Source: Promethearchaeia archaeon
Lineage (GTDB): Archaea; Asgardarchaeota; Lokiarchaeia; Sigyniarchaeales; SOKP01
Assembly: GCA_036478875.1 (NCBI GenBank)
Contig: JAZGEW010000025.1
Span: forward strand, 10,132 to 74,131
DNA: 64,000 nucleotides
Direction: 5' to 3'
Part shown: positions 20,570-29,514 of the stretch, piece by piece
Layout of the letters: every line of letters starts with the position of its first letter
How positions within the stretch are numbered: position 1 is the first letter of the stretch
The notes under the pieces: generated by a model
The model's database searches: none
What the model saw: the letters and a program-made list of their open reading frames with translations, nothing else
What the model was told of the DNA's origin: nothing
Made by a program: the position numbers and the translations under genes

Positions 20570-21430
20570 ATGATCTCTATGACTAATTCTAAGTTTCTCT
20601 TTAAAATTTACTACATTGGGAAAAAAAAGTATTATGGATCTCAAAGACAACTCAATTTCTTGACAATTGAGAAATCAATCTTAAGTGTATTAAAGAGTAG
20701 AGGGTATATTCATAAGGTTAATAATTCAGAATTTGAATTTGCCAGTAGAACTGATCGATTTGTATCTGCTCGAGGAGCTTGTTTCACATGTATTATTAAA
20801 AAAGAACCAATATTAATGGAAATTAATAGTGCTTTGCCAAATGTAATTGGCATCTGGGCATATGCAAAAGTACCATTAGAATTCTCCGCCAGATATGATG
20901 CTGTTTTAAGACATTACATATACATTGTGCCTATACCATTTTCTTTTCTTCAAAAAAATTCAGGTATAAATATAAATATTATGGAAAAAGCATGCAAACA
21001 ATTAGAAGGTCGCCATAATTTTCTTAATTTTTCAAAAACAGAAGCAAACGTAAAAAATACTGTAAGAGATATGGATTCTGTAATATTATCAATTCAAGAT
21101 GACTATTTAATATTTCAATTTAAAAGTAAATCGTTTCTAAGGCAACAGATCAGACGAATAATAAAAAAGGTTTTAGATCTAGGAAAAAGTAAAATTCTTT
21201 ACGAGGATTTTCTGAAATTATTTGATATTTCGAAAGTTTTTTCTTATCAACCAGCAGATCCTAAAGGGTTAATTTTATGGGATATCAAATATAATAATAA
21301 TAATGTTAAATTTATTGAAGATTTAAAGTCTAAGGAAAGAATGAATAATTTTTTCTTAAAAAAAGAGATTAAATTCGGTCTTAAAAACTATTTATTCAGA
21401 GCTTTGCAGCATGACGATTTTAGCCAATAA
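20570..21430 (+). CDS. truA: tRNA pseudouridine(38-40) synthase
   Basis: YYGSQRQ, ASRTDRFVSA, GRHNF and FLRQQIRR. Confidence 0.92.
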   Translation: MISMTNSKFLFKIYYIGKKKYYGSQRQLNFLTIEKSILSVLKSRGYIHKVNNSEFEFASRTDRFVSARGACFTCIIKKEPILMEINSALPNVIGIWAYAKVPLEFSARYDAVLRHYIYIVPIPFSFLQKNSGININIMEKACKQLEGRHNFLNFSKTEANVKNTVRDMDSVILSIQDDYLIFQFKSKSFLRQQIRRIIKKVLDLGKSKILYEDFLKLFDISKVFSYQPADPKGLILWDIKYNNNNVKFIEDLKSKERMNNFFLKKEIKFGLKNYLFRALQHDDFSQ

Positions 21431-22363
21431 AGCTTGAAGTTGAATCTCTTCTGTTCCACCTTGACTTAGGCGAAATTCAAATTCAGCTAGTAATTTTGAG
21501 AGTTCGATTTTTAGAGTTTCTTTAACTTTCAGTTCATAAATCTCTCTATGTAGATTTTTTATAATATTTTGACCTGAAAGCCCATATTCCTTTATTAAAT
21601 CATTTAAAAGTTTGATAGATAATAGTAACTGCCCTTCTATTGCAGTATTTAAAATTATCTTTATTTTATCAGGAGGTACTTCTCCAGCAACACGAAAAAC
21701 AATCTCTTCATCTATTTTTTTAGAAATTGTACCACATGATTGTAAATAATTTATTGCTCTTCTACAATCACCTCGAGAAACTTCTATTATTGCATTTAAC
21801 CCTCCAGGAGCTAAAGTAACTTTTTCTTGTTTTGCTACATATTTTATTCTACTTTTAATATCTATATCATTTAGATAAGCAAATCTGAATACTACACACC
21901 TTGATTGAATTGGAGGGATTATTTTATTTGAATAATTGCATATTAAAACCATTCGACAGTTCTTAGTATATTTCTCCATAGTTCTCCTTAAAGCTTGCTG
22001 GGCAGGAGCCGTCATGTTATCAGCTTCATCTAGAATTAGCACTTTATAGGGGATATCTACAGGGGGCCGTGCTTTTGCAAAATCTTTGATATAAGTTCTG
22101 ATCACATCAATTCCACGAGCATCACTAGCATTTAATTCTAAATAAGTCCTATTTACGGCCATCTTTCTTCCATATAATTCTCTTACCATTGCTAAGGCAG
22201 AAGTTGTTTTTCCTGTTCCTGCGGGACCTGCAAAAATAAGATGAGGCATAGATTTATCTTTTATAAATTGTTTTAAGCGTTTGATAATTCCCTGTTGATT
22301 TACTACATCATCTAGTACTCTAGGTCGATATTTCTCAACCCATGGTCGATTCTCAACGATCAT
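21392..22363 (-). CDS. rfcS: Replication factor C small subunit
   Basis: PWVEKYRP, GPAGTGKT, LELNASD, DEAD and SRC. No intein. Confidence 0.96.
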   Translation of the reverse strand: MIVENRPWVEKYRPRVLDDVVNQQGIIKRLKQFIKDKSMPHLIFAGPAGTGKTTSALAMVRELYGRKMAVNRTYLELNASDARGIDVIRTYIKDFAKARPPVDIPYKVLILDEADNMTAPAQQALRRTMEKYTKNCRMVLICNYSNKIIPPIQSRCVVFRFAYLNDIDIKSRIKYVAKQEKVTLAPGGLNAIIEVSRGDCRRAINYLQSCGTISKKIDEEIVFRVAGEVPPDKIKIILNTAIEGQLLLSIKLLNDLIKEYGLSGQNIIKNLHREIYELKVKETLKIELSKLLAEFEFRLSQGGTEEIQLQALLAKIVMLQSSE

Positions 22364-22469
22364 GCTATTTAAGTATGATTTAAATATTTTAGAATAAAAT
22401 ATATTAAGAATTAAATTTGCTTAATTCTTTATTAATATTCATATCCATAAAAAAAACAATGAGATTTGT

Positions 22470-23774
22470 ATGACTGATTTTAAAATTACTAAAATTAAAT
22501 CTAGGTGGATTTTGGATTCACGAGGAAATCCCACAGTTGAATCGGATGTATACGCAGGAAAAAATTATTCCAGAGCGGCTGTTCCCTCAGGAGCATCAAC
22601 AGGAGTTTTAGAGGCACTCGAACTACGAGATGGTGGAAAGGCATTCATGGGAAAACATGTATTAAAAGCTGTGTCCAACGTAAATGAAATACTAGGGAAA
22701 AAATTAATAGGATTTGACGTTAGAGAACAAACTAAGATTGATGAAGAAATGATCTCTATAGATGGTACAGAAAATAAGAGTAATTTAGGTGCTAATGCTA
22801 TTCTATCTGTTTCATTAGCTATAGCAAAATTAGCTTCTCAAATATCTGAAGTCCCCTTGTTTGAACATCTCTATAATTTAGCATATAAGAAGACGAGAGA
22901 GGATTATTTGCTCCCTCTACCTTGCTGTAATATCATAAATGGAGGAGAACATGCAGGTAACAATTTATCAATACAAGAATTTATGATTTTACCTGTTGGT
23001 GCTAATTCTTTTTCCCAAGCTATACAAAATGCGTCTGAAGTGTATCAAAATCTAAAGAAATTATTAGGAAAGAAATATGGGCCTTCTTCTATTAATGTTG
23101 GCGACGAAGGAGGATTTGCTCCTAACTTATCTTTAACATCTGATGCTGTAGAGATAATAATGGAGGCAATTGAGACCGCAGGATTTCTTTTAGGGACAGA
23201 TTTTGTTTTAGGTATGGATGCGGCTGCAAGCGAATTCTATGAAGAGGGAACTTATGAGATTGACGGCAAAAATCTTTCAGAAGAGCAATTATTGGAGTAT
23301 TATATGGATTTAATCCATGAATACCCTTTCAAATCTATTGAGGATCCTTTTGATGAAAAAGACTTTAGAAATTTCTCAAATTTAACAGCTAAGGTCGATA
23401 AAAGTATACAAATTGTTGATGATGATTTAACAGTGACTAACATTAAAATACTAGAAAAAGCGATTAAAGAAAAGGCAGGCAACGCATTACTACTTAAAGT
23501 GAATCAAATAGGATCATTAACTGAAGCTATACAAGCAGCGAAAATGTCTTTTGATAATGGATTTAATGTAATGGTTTCGCATCGTTCGGGGGAAACAGAA
23601 GATCCTTTTATCGCAGATTTAGCTGTCGGACTCTGCACAGGTCAAATGAAGACCGGTGCTACATGTAGATCAGATCGAACTTGCAAGTTCAATCAATTAC
23701 TAAGAATAGAAGAAATGCTAGGAGAAAATGCAAAATATCCTAAAAATTTAGATTCGTGGAAAAATTTTATCTAA
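22470..23774 (+). CDS. eno: Enolase
   Basis: DSRGNPTVE, VPSGASTG, GDEGGFAP, LLKVNQIG and SHRSGETED. Confidence 0.98.
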   Translation: MTDFKITKIKSRWILDSRGNPTVESDVYAGKNYSRAAVPSGASTGVLEALELRDGGKAFMGKHVLKAVSNVNEILGKKLIGFDVREQTKIDEEMISIDGTENKSNLGANAILSVSLAIAKLASQISEVPLFEHLYNLAYKKTREDYLLPLPCCNIINGGEHAGNNLSIQEFMILPVGANSFSQAIQNASEVYQNLKKLLGKKYGPSSINVGDEGGFAPNLSLTSDAVEIIMEAIETAGFLLGTDFVLGMDAAASEFYEEGTYEIDGKNLSEEQLLEYYMDLIHEYPFKSIEDPFDEKDFRNFSNLTAKVDKSIQIVDDDLTVTNIKILEKAIKEKAGNALLLKVNQIGSLTEAIQAAKMSFDNGFNVMVSHRSGETEDPFIADLAVGLCTGQMKTGATCRSDRTCKFNQLLRIEEMLGENAKYPKNLDSWKNFI

Positions 23775-23797
23775 TTCTAATTAAATATTTATTTTTA

Positions 23798-24442
23798 TTA
23801 TTTTTTAATAAATCTGTATATATGAACATCAATCTTCTTAGTTTTTTTAGTATGAAATGGAAATGCTCTTTCTAGTCTTATGCGAAAAGGAAGAACATTA
23901 TCTATTTTCCAACCAAGCTTGTTAATATAGGTTGAAATGAAATTGTAGACTTTCTTATTTGCTAAATGAATGGAATAGACAATATTTGAAAAATAAAATG
24001 CTTTTTCTATGAAAATTCTATCTGCAAATTTAGTTTGCACTCCAAATGGGGGATTCATAATTGTAGTTACTTTCACATTCTGAGAGAACATTCTTTTTGA
24101 AATATGAAAAAACTCAATATCAGCACATATAGGCGATATAATATGGCCTAAATCAAGAGAAAGCACATTTTTCTTTAAAATTTGTAAAGCATTAATATCA
24201 ATGTCTACACTAAGAACATGACTAGCATTGAAAAAGGCACTTGCGATAGATAACCTTCCTGTTCCAGCACCTAAATCAACAATTAATGCTTTATTGATAT
24301 CATTAAATTCAAAACCTGCATAGTAAATTACATCTACAGCACATTCTGCATCGATACAATATTGTTCTAATTGAACTTTAGGATTACTGAATGATTCAGT
24401 GTTTTGTATAATAGAGATTAGTTCTTTTTTGCTAAATTTCAT
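23798..24442 (-). CDS. METTL5-family N6-adenine RNA methyltransferase
   Basis: LEQY, DLGAGTG, NPPFG and FHTKK. Confidence 0.9.
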   Translation of the reverse strand: MKFSKKELISIIQNTESFSNPKVQLEQYCIDAECAVDVIYYAGFEFNDINKALIVDLGAGTGRLSIASAFFNASHVLSVDIDINALQILKKNVLSLDLGHIISPICADIEFFHISKRMFSQNVKVTTIMNPPFGVQTKFADRIFIEKAFYFSNIVYSIHLANKKVYNFISTYINKLGWKIDNVLPFRIRLERAFPFHTKKTKKIDVHIYRFIKK

Positions 24443-24544
24443 CCGAAAAAATGTTTACTCTTTTAAAATTAATACATCAAATTTATTTATCTTATTTAAT
24501 ACTATTTACTTAAGTTAGAAAGAATTTGAGAAATTAAATAAGTA

Positions 24545-25156
24545 TTGTTGATATTATTGAGTAAGAAATCTTATAAAGATAAGGATATTGTTATAACTGG
24601 TCAATATTTAGGTGTAGTAGAAGAATTTCTCCCAGATAAACAATCTACATTTATTAAAGATGGAAAAATATTTGCTAGTAAGACAGGTATGATAAAGGTT
24701 AATGATCAAGAAAGGAAAATTGGAATAAGCACACATCAAGATAAAGATCGAAAGGTTGTAGAAGTAGGAGATATTGTTATTGGTAATATTCTTTTTCTGC
24801 GTCAATACTCAGTTGGAATTAGTTTTTATACAATTAATGGCAAAATTCATTTTAATTCAAGTTGTTTTGGTAATATTCATGTATCACAGATTTCAGATAG
24901 ATATGTTGAAAAAATCCGGGATGCTTTTCAAATAACAGATATTGTACGTGCTCGTGTACAAGAACAAAATTTTAATGAATTTAAATTAAGTACAACCGGG
25001 AAAAATCTTGGAGTTATTTATGCTGATTGTGTTATCTGTGGAGACCCACTTATTAAAATTAGCTATAATAAATTACGATGTGATCGTTGTGGAAATCAAG
25101 AAACAAGAAAAATAGCCAATGATTATGGAAATGTAAAAAATAGTTTGAGATTCTAA
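24545..25156 (+). CDS. csl4: Exosome cap subunit Csl4
   Basis: EEFLP N-domain, S1 domain (IHVSQIS...DIVRARV) and C-terminal CxxC...CxxC ETRK ribbon. Confidence 0.92.
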   Translation: MLILLSKKSYKDKDIVITGQYLGVVEEFLPDKQSTFIKDGKIFASKTGMIKVNDQERKIGISTHQDKDRKVVEVGDIVIGNILFLRQYSVGISFYTINGKIHFNSSCFGNIHVSQISDRYVEKIRDAFQITDIVRARVQEQNFNEFKLSTTGKNLGVIYADCVICGDPLIKISYNKLRCDRCGNQETRKIANDYGNVKNSLRF

Positions 25157-25193
25157 TTATCTTTTTTATTCAGAAAAAATTAAGTGTGTTGTA

Positions 25194-25412
25194 GTGAGAA
25201 AAACAGGTAAAAAAGTAATTCATTTCTATAATAATAGTGGTATTTTGGATAATGCAGTTCGATTTCTTGAAGATATTCAGAAAAAAATAAATTATCTTAA
25301 CCTAAATGTTTCTATTGAAGGAAAAAGTATAAAGATTACACTTTATGGTTCAAGAGATCTCCAACATTTAGCAACCGAAAGATTAAAAGATTTAGCAAAT
25401 CGCTATTTGTAA
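25194..25412 (+). CDS. Small hypothetical protein (possibly DUF2067-like)
   Basis: Lies between csl4 and rpoL, where DUF2067 genes occur in other archaea; IKITLYGS motif. Confidence 0.5.
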   Translation: MRKTGKKVIHFYNNSGILDNAVRFLEDIQKKINYLNLNVSIEGKSIKITLYGSRDLQHLATERLKDLANRYL

Positions 25413-25507
25413 AAGATCAGTTTTTTTTGTAAAACCAAAAAAAATTTATTTGATTTTGTATATTTTAAAGTAAGGTTATCAAATCCTAATCATTGGGAGT
25501 AAAAATT

Positions 25508-26008
25508 ATGGCTAAAAAAAAAGCAACCAAACCAGAAGATACGGAAGAAGATACAATTGATGAACTAGTTGATGATTTATTAGAGGATGAAGAAATTAAG
25601 ACTGTATATCCAAAAATAGATGATAAAGAGAAACTTGAACCATCACCCACATCACCCGAAGAATCAATAGAGGAGGAAGAGGAAGAATTTGAGATTGAAG
25701 AAGAACCAAGATTTCCTGATTATAAGTATCTCAATGTAGGAATAAATAAAGGACTGGGAGAAAATGACTATGAAATATCAGTTGAAGGTCAATCACATGG
25801 ATTCTGTAATATTCTTGTAAAACACTTATTAGAAATTGAGGGTGTTAGTATCGCTGCTTATAAGGTAAATAATGTAGAATTACCAAAAATTTTTATCCGA
25901 CTTGAAAATTCAAATGATTACAAAATTAAAGATATTTTACATAAAGGAATTGAATCACTTAGAGCTAAAGTCATCGAAGTGCAAAAAATATTTAAAAAAC
26001 TTACTTAA
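25508..26008 (+). CDS. rpoL: RNA polymerase subunit L (Rpo11) with acidic N-terminal extension
   Basis: EGQSHGFCNILVKHLL...VSIAAYKV matches the RpoL/RPB11 pattern; conserved csl4-rpoL context. Confidence 0.85.
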   Translation: MAKKKATKPEDTEEDTIDELVDDLLEDEEIKTVYPKIDDKEKLEPSPTSPEESIEEEEEEFEIEEEPRFPDYKYLNVGINKGLGENDYEISVEGQSHGFCNILVKHLLEIEGVSIAAYKVNNVELPKIFIRLENSNDYKIKDILHKGIESLRAKVIEVQKIFKKLT

Positions 26009-26066
26009 AACAGTATTCTTTCTTTTATGAAAAATTTTATAAGAATTCTTAATTCTACTTATCTTA

Positions 26067-26519
26067 ATGGAGTATAAGTATTTAATTACTGATTTAAATC
26101 TAAATAAATCACAAAAGATTATCGGAACCGATAAAGGTTTGGCAAAAATCGGAGACGGAATCGTAAATGTTGCTTATTCAGTAGCAAAATCTATTTTTCT
26201 TACAAAAAACAATCCAAATGATAATACTATTAGAACAGGAAAAAAAGTAGGGAAAACGATTTTAGGTGCTGCCCTAAAAAATGCAAAAATGAAAAGTTTT
26301 GCAAAAACTAGGGCTAATGCTCATGATCTTGCTGATACTGTTGAATCAGTATTAGCGTACGTGTGGCTTGATAATAAAATCTCTCTAAAAGAAATTATTA
26401 ACTTTTTAGCAGATAATCTTTCGGGGGATCTTTATAATAGAACTGAAGAAATTGAAAAAGCAACCATCGCTTTTACCAATCTTTTAAATTATATTAAAAA
26501 ATATCTGCCTGAAAAATAG
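26067..26519 (+). CDS. Archaeal RNase III-like family protein
   Basis: DKGLAKIGDGIVN and AHDLADTVES; conserved position after rpoL. Confidence 0.8.
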   Translation: MEYKYLITDLNLNKSQKIIGTDKGLAKIGDGIVNVAYSVAKSIFLTKNNPNDNTIRTGKKVGKTILGAALKNAKMKSFAKTRANAHDLADTVESVLAYVWLDNKISLKEIINFLADNLSGDLYNRTEEIEKATIAFTNLLNYIKKYLPEK

Positions 26520-26523
26520 AAAA

Positions 26524-27084
26524 ATGAAAGATAATCCCATAACAATTGGATTTGACGATGCAACTTTTAAGTTAAAAACAAGTGTTAAAACAACTCAATT
26601 AATTGGGGTAATCTGTCAAGGAACAAGAATGGTAAGAGTTGTAAGAGATGATATAAAGATAGATGGCAACGATGCAACTGAAAAAATAATAAAACTAGTT
26701 AGAGACAATGAAAAACATGTACAATATATTTTAACTCATACAATAACTTTTGGTGGGTTTAATCTTGTTAATTTAACTGATATCTATAATGAAACAGGAA
26801 AACCTATTATCGCTATAACAGAACGAAAAGTAGATTTCGATTCTGTAGAAAGCGCTCTAAAAATTAAATTCCCTCATACATATAAAAATAAATTAAGATA
26901 TATAGTTGAGGCGGGAAATTTATATGAAACAGAAGTGAATACAGCAGGTGGTATATCAAAAATATTTTTTCATTACAAGGGTATTAGCGTTAAAGAAGTC
27001 GAGTCACTTTTAGAAAAAATATGTATAGACTCCAAACTACCAGAATCAGTGAGAATGGCACACATAATTGGAAAAATATTTTGA
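26524..27084 (+). CDS. DUF99 family protein (endonuclease V-like / endonuclease dU)
   Basis: IGFDDA, DGNDAT, TFGGFN and LPESVRMAHII. Confidence 0.88.
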   Translation: MKDNPITIGFDDATFKLKTSVKTTQLIGVICQGTRMVRVVRDDIKIDGNDATEKIIKLVRDNEKHVQYILTHTITFGGFNLVNLTDIYNETGKPIIAITERKVDFDSVESALKIKFPHTYKNKLRYIVEAGNLYETEVNTAGGISKIFFHYKGISVKEVESLLEKICIDSKLPESVRMAHIIGKIF

Positions 27085-27100
27085 GAGTTAATATTTTTAT

Positions 27101-27574
27101 CTAATCTTTTTCAATTTCATATTCCAAAATTTCACGCATTCTTTCTCGCAGGTCCAATCTGATAGCAGACATTCCATAGGTGGGTATACCTAATTTTTTC
27201 TGAATTTTCTTTGCGTTTAATGCACCTGGAAGATCTTGTTTATTCGCTATAGCAATAATTTTTGTAGTCATATATCGTGAGAACTTTTTAAATGCATCCT
27301 TAGTTTTTTCAATATTATCTTCTGTAGAATCACATACTAAAACAGTCAAGCCTGCACCTCTTAAGAAATCTTGCCACATAAATTGATAACGTTCTTGACC
27401 TCCAAAATCCCAAATATTTACCTTTTTCCCATTGAGTACAGAATTCTCAATATCTAATCCTACTGTCGGATTTCTTTCTTTCGATATCTCTCGACCTTGA
27501 AGTAAAGATACTAAAGATGATTTTCCAACGCTACTTAATCCTAATAGACATATTTTTTGTTTTGTTGTATGAAC
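27101..27574 (-). CDS. Small GTPase (Arf/Rab-like); start codon uncertain
   Basis: The frame of ORF 27101..27379 is open upstream to 27580 and encodes KICLLGLSSVGKSS, PTVG and WDFGGQERY, followed by NKQD and SA. Confidence 0.85.
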   Translation of the reverse strand, partial: VHTTKQKICLLGLSSVGKSSLVSLLQGREISKERNPTVGLDIENSVLNGKKVNIWDFGGQERYQFMWQDFLRGAGLTVLVCDSTEDNIEKTKDAFKKFSRYMTTKIIAIANKQDLPGALNAKKIQKKLGIPTYGMSAIRLDLRERMREILEYEIEKD

Positions 27575-27877
27575 TTTTAATCAACCTTTTCTAAATACAA
27601 TGTTCTTATGTAGAAAAGGCAAATAAAGCTACAAAAAAGAAAATAATATTCGTATGATACCTACATATTCTTTAAAGAATATCTTTATTCTCTAAAATCT
27701 ATTCCTTAGGACTTAAAAAAATTGAAATTAGAAAATAAATACAATTTTCAAAAAATTTAGCTTAAGCTAAAACTCCTTGCTAGAAATAACTGTTATATAA
27801 ATTCAATTCGAAATATTTTTATGGTATTAGCATTAATAAAAAAAGAGGATTATAAAAAAAACAGTATTTTTTGAATT

Positions 27878-29215
27878 TTAAGCTCCAGTTTCAATGTCCT
27901 TAACGATGCCGACCGCGACGGTTTTAGGTTTAATCTGAGAAATTCAGATTGTTCTACCCATATCGCGTACAGCAAATCGGCCCATTTCTGGAAAGTCGTT
28001 ATATTTTTCAAGGCACATTTTTTTAATCGGCTGTAGTTCAACAATGGCAGATTCATTTTTCTTGAGAAACTTAGGTGAGTCTTCTATCACTGCTCCTGTT
28101 TTTTGGTCTAATTTTTTAACTAAACTCGAAAATTTCGCAGCTACTTGTGCTGTATGTGCATGGACTACAGGGGTATAGCCTTGTGCAAGTGCTGTAGGGT
28201 GCCAGATAACTATAATCTGTCCCGTCCATTTTCCCTTTGGTGTGATTACCGTAGGTGGATCTTTTGGATGCCCTAAACAATCTCCTCGACTTGCATCCTC
28301 TAATGTAATACCTCGAATACTAAACCCTATGTTGTCACCAGGAATTGCTTGTTCAATCTCTTCATGATGCATTTCAATACTTCGAATTTCCCCTTCAAAT
28401 TCAGTTGGCATGATAAGAATTTTATCTCCTTTCTTTAAGATTCCAGTTTCAACTCTACCTACAGGAACTACTCCAGTTCCCTTAATTGAATAGGAATCTT
28501 GAATGGGAAGTCTTAAAGGTTTACCAGTCGGTTTTTCAGGAAGAATAAATTGATCAATTGCTTCCATTATAGTTGGTCCATCATACCAAGCTAATTTATC
28601 ACTCTTCTTTGATAAATTATCCATAGCCATTCCACTAGTTGGAATGTAATTTACATCCTTGAAACCAATGCTTTTAAGAAGATCACCAACTGAATCCTTG
28701 CATTCCTTAAATCGTTCCTCAGAATAATCGTAAACATCAGCTTTATTGATAGCAACAACTAATTGTTTTACACCTAGAGTTTGTGCTAAATAAGCATGTT
28801 CACGAGTTTGCCCATTAGCTGCGATTCCAACCTCCATTTCTCCTTTCTTACCTGAAACAACGAGGATAGCAGCATCAGCTTGGCTCGCGCCAGTTATCAT
28901 GTTCTTGACAAAATCTGCGTGGCCTGGCGCATCGATGATTGTGAAGTACTTTGACTTGGTTTCAAATTTTCGAAAAGCAAGGTCAATTGTAATACCTCGC
29001 TGTCTCTCCTCTTTCAACCTATCGAAGACAAAGGCATAAGACCATGAGTCTCTATCATATTCTTTCGCAAGTTTTTCTAATTCACGTGCTTCTCGTTCTG
29101 AGACAGCCCCAGCTTCTATGAGTAAAGCACCCATCATTGTACTTTTGCCGTGGTCAATGTGCCCGATTATGACTAAATTTAAGTGACTTTTTTGTTTTGA
29201 GCTCATTTTAATCAT
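27878..29215 (-). CDS. tuf: Translation elongation factor EF-1alpha, two exons (29215 or 29206..27954 + 27923..27878)
   Basis: GHIDHGKST, RGITID, DAPGH and NKAD. After a 30-nt insert the same frame supplies the missing conserved C-terminus TVAVGIVKDIETGA-stop. Confidence 0.95.
27924..27953 (-). other. Putative 30-nt bulge-helix-bulge mRNA intron in EF-1alpha
   Basis: mRNA reads CGCGAU-AU-GGGU-AG^A-AC-AAUCUGA-AUUUC-UCAGAUU-AA-ACCU-AA^A-ACC-GUCGCG: central helix GGGU/ACCU, 3-nt bulges, 7-bp hairpin and exon-exon helix CGCGAU/GUCGCG. Contains in-frame UGA. Removal gives RDMGR|TVAVG. Confidence 0.87.
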
Positions 29216-29514
29216 TCATTAGTTACTTATTTTTTAAATATTAAATGTAATTTATTTTTTTTAGATGTTAATTGTGAATGTCTGTGAATTTATATTTTTT
29301 ACTATATTTTTTTCCTATATTTAAGCGTAATTATCATATTTCAATAAGTTATATCATGAACTTATTGACGATTATTTTATGGTAATTAATTAGTGTAAAA
29401 CTTAAAATAATTCCATAATATATTGAAGATTTAGTTTCAAATCGAATAAGCTATATAAGTAAGATGAAATTTAACTAGATATTAATGAAATAAATTAAAG
29501 AATATGGGATTCAT

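Noticed and set aside
27944-27946. Selenocysteine or stop-codon readthrough at the EF-1alpha UGA
   Set aside because: Readthrough would add 10 residues inside a conserved motif, and the equivalent EF-2 stop is UAA. Splicing explains both cases.
27850-28056. 68-aa ORF overlapping the EF-1alpha 3' end, or a frameshifted C-terminus
   Set aside because: The true C-terminus is in the same frame as exon 1; this ORF is an alternative-frame shadow.
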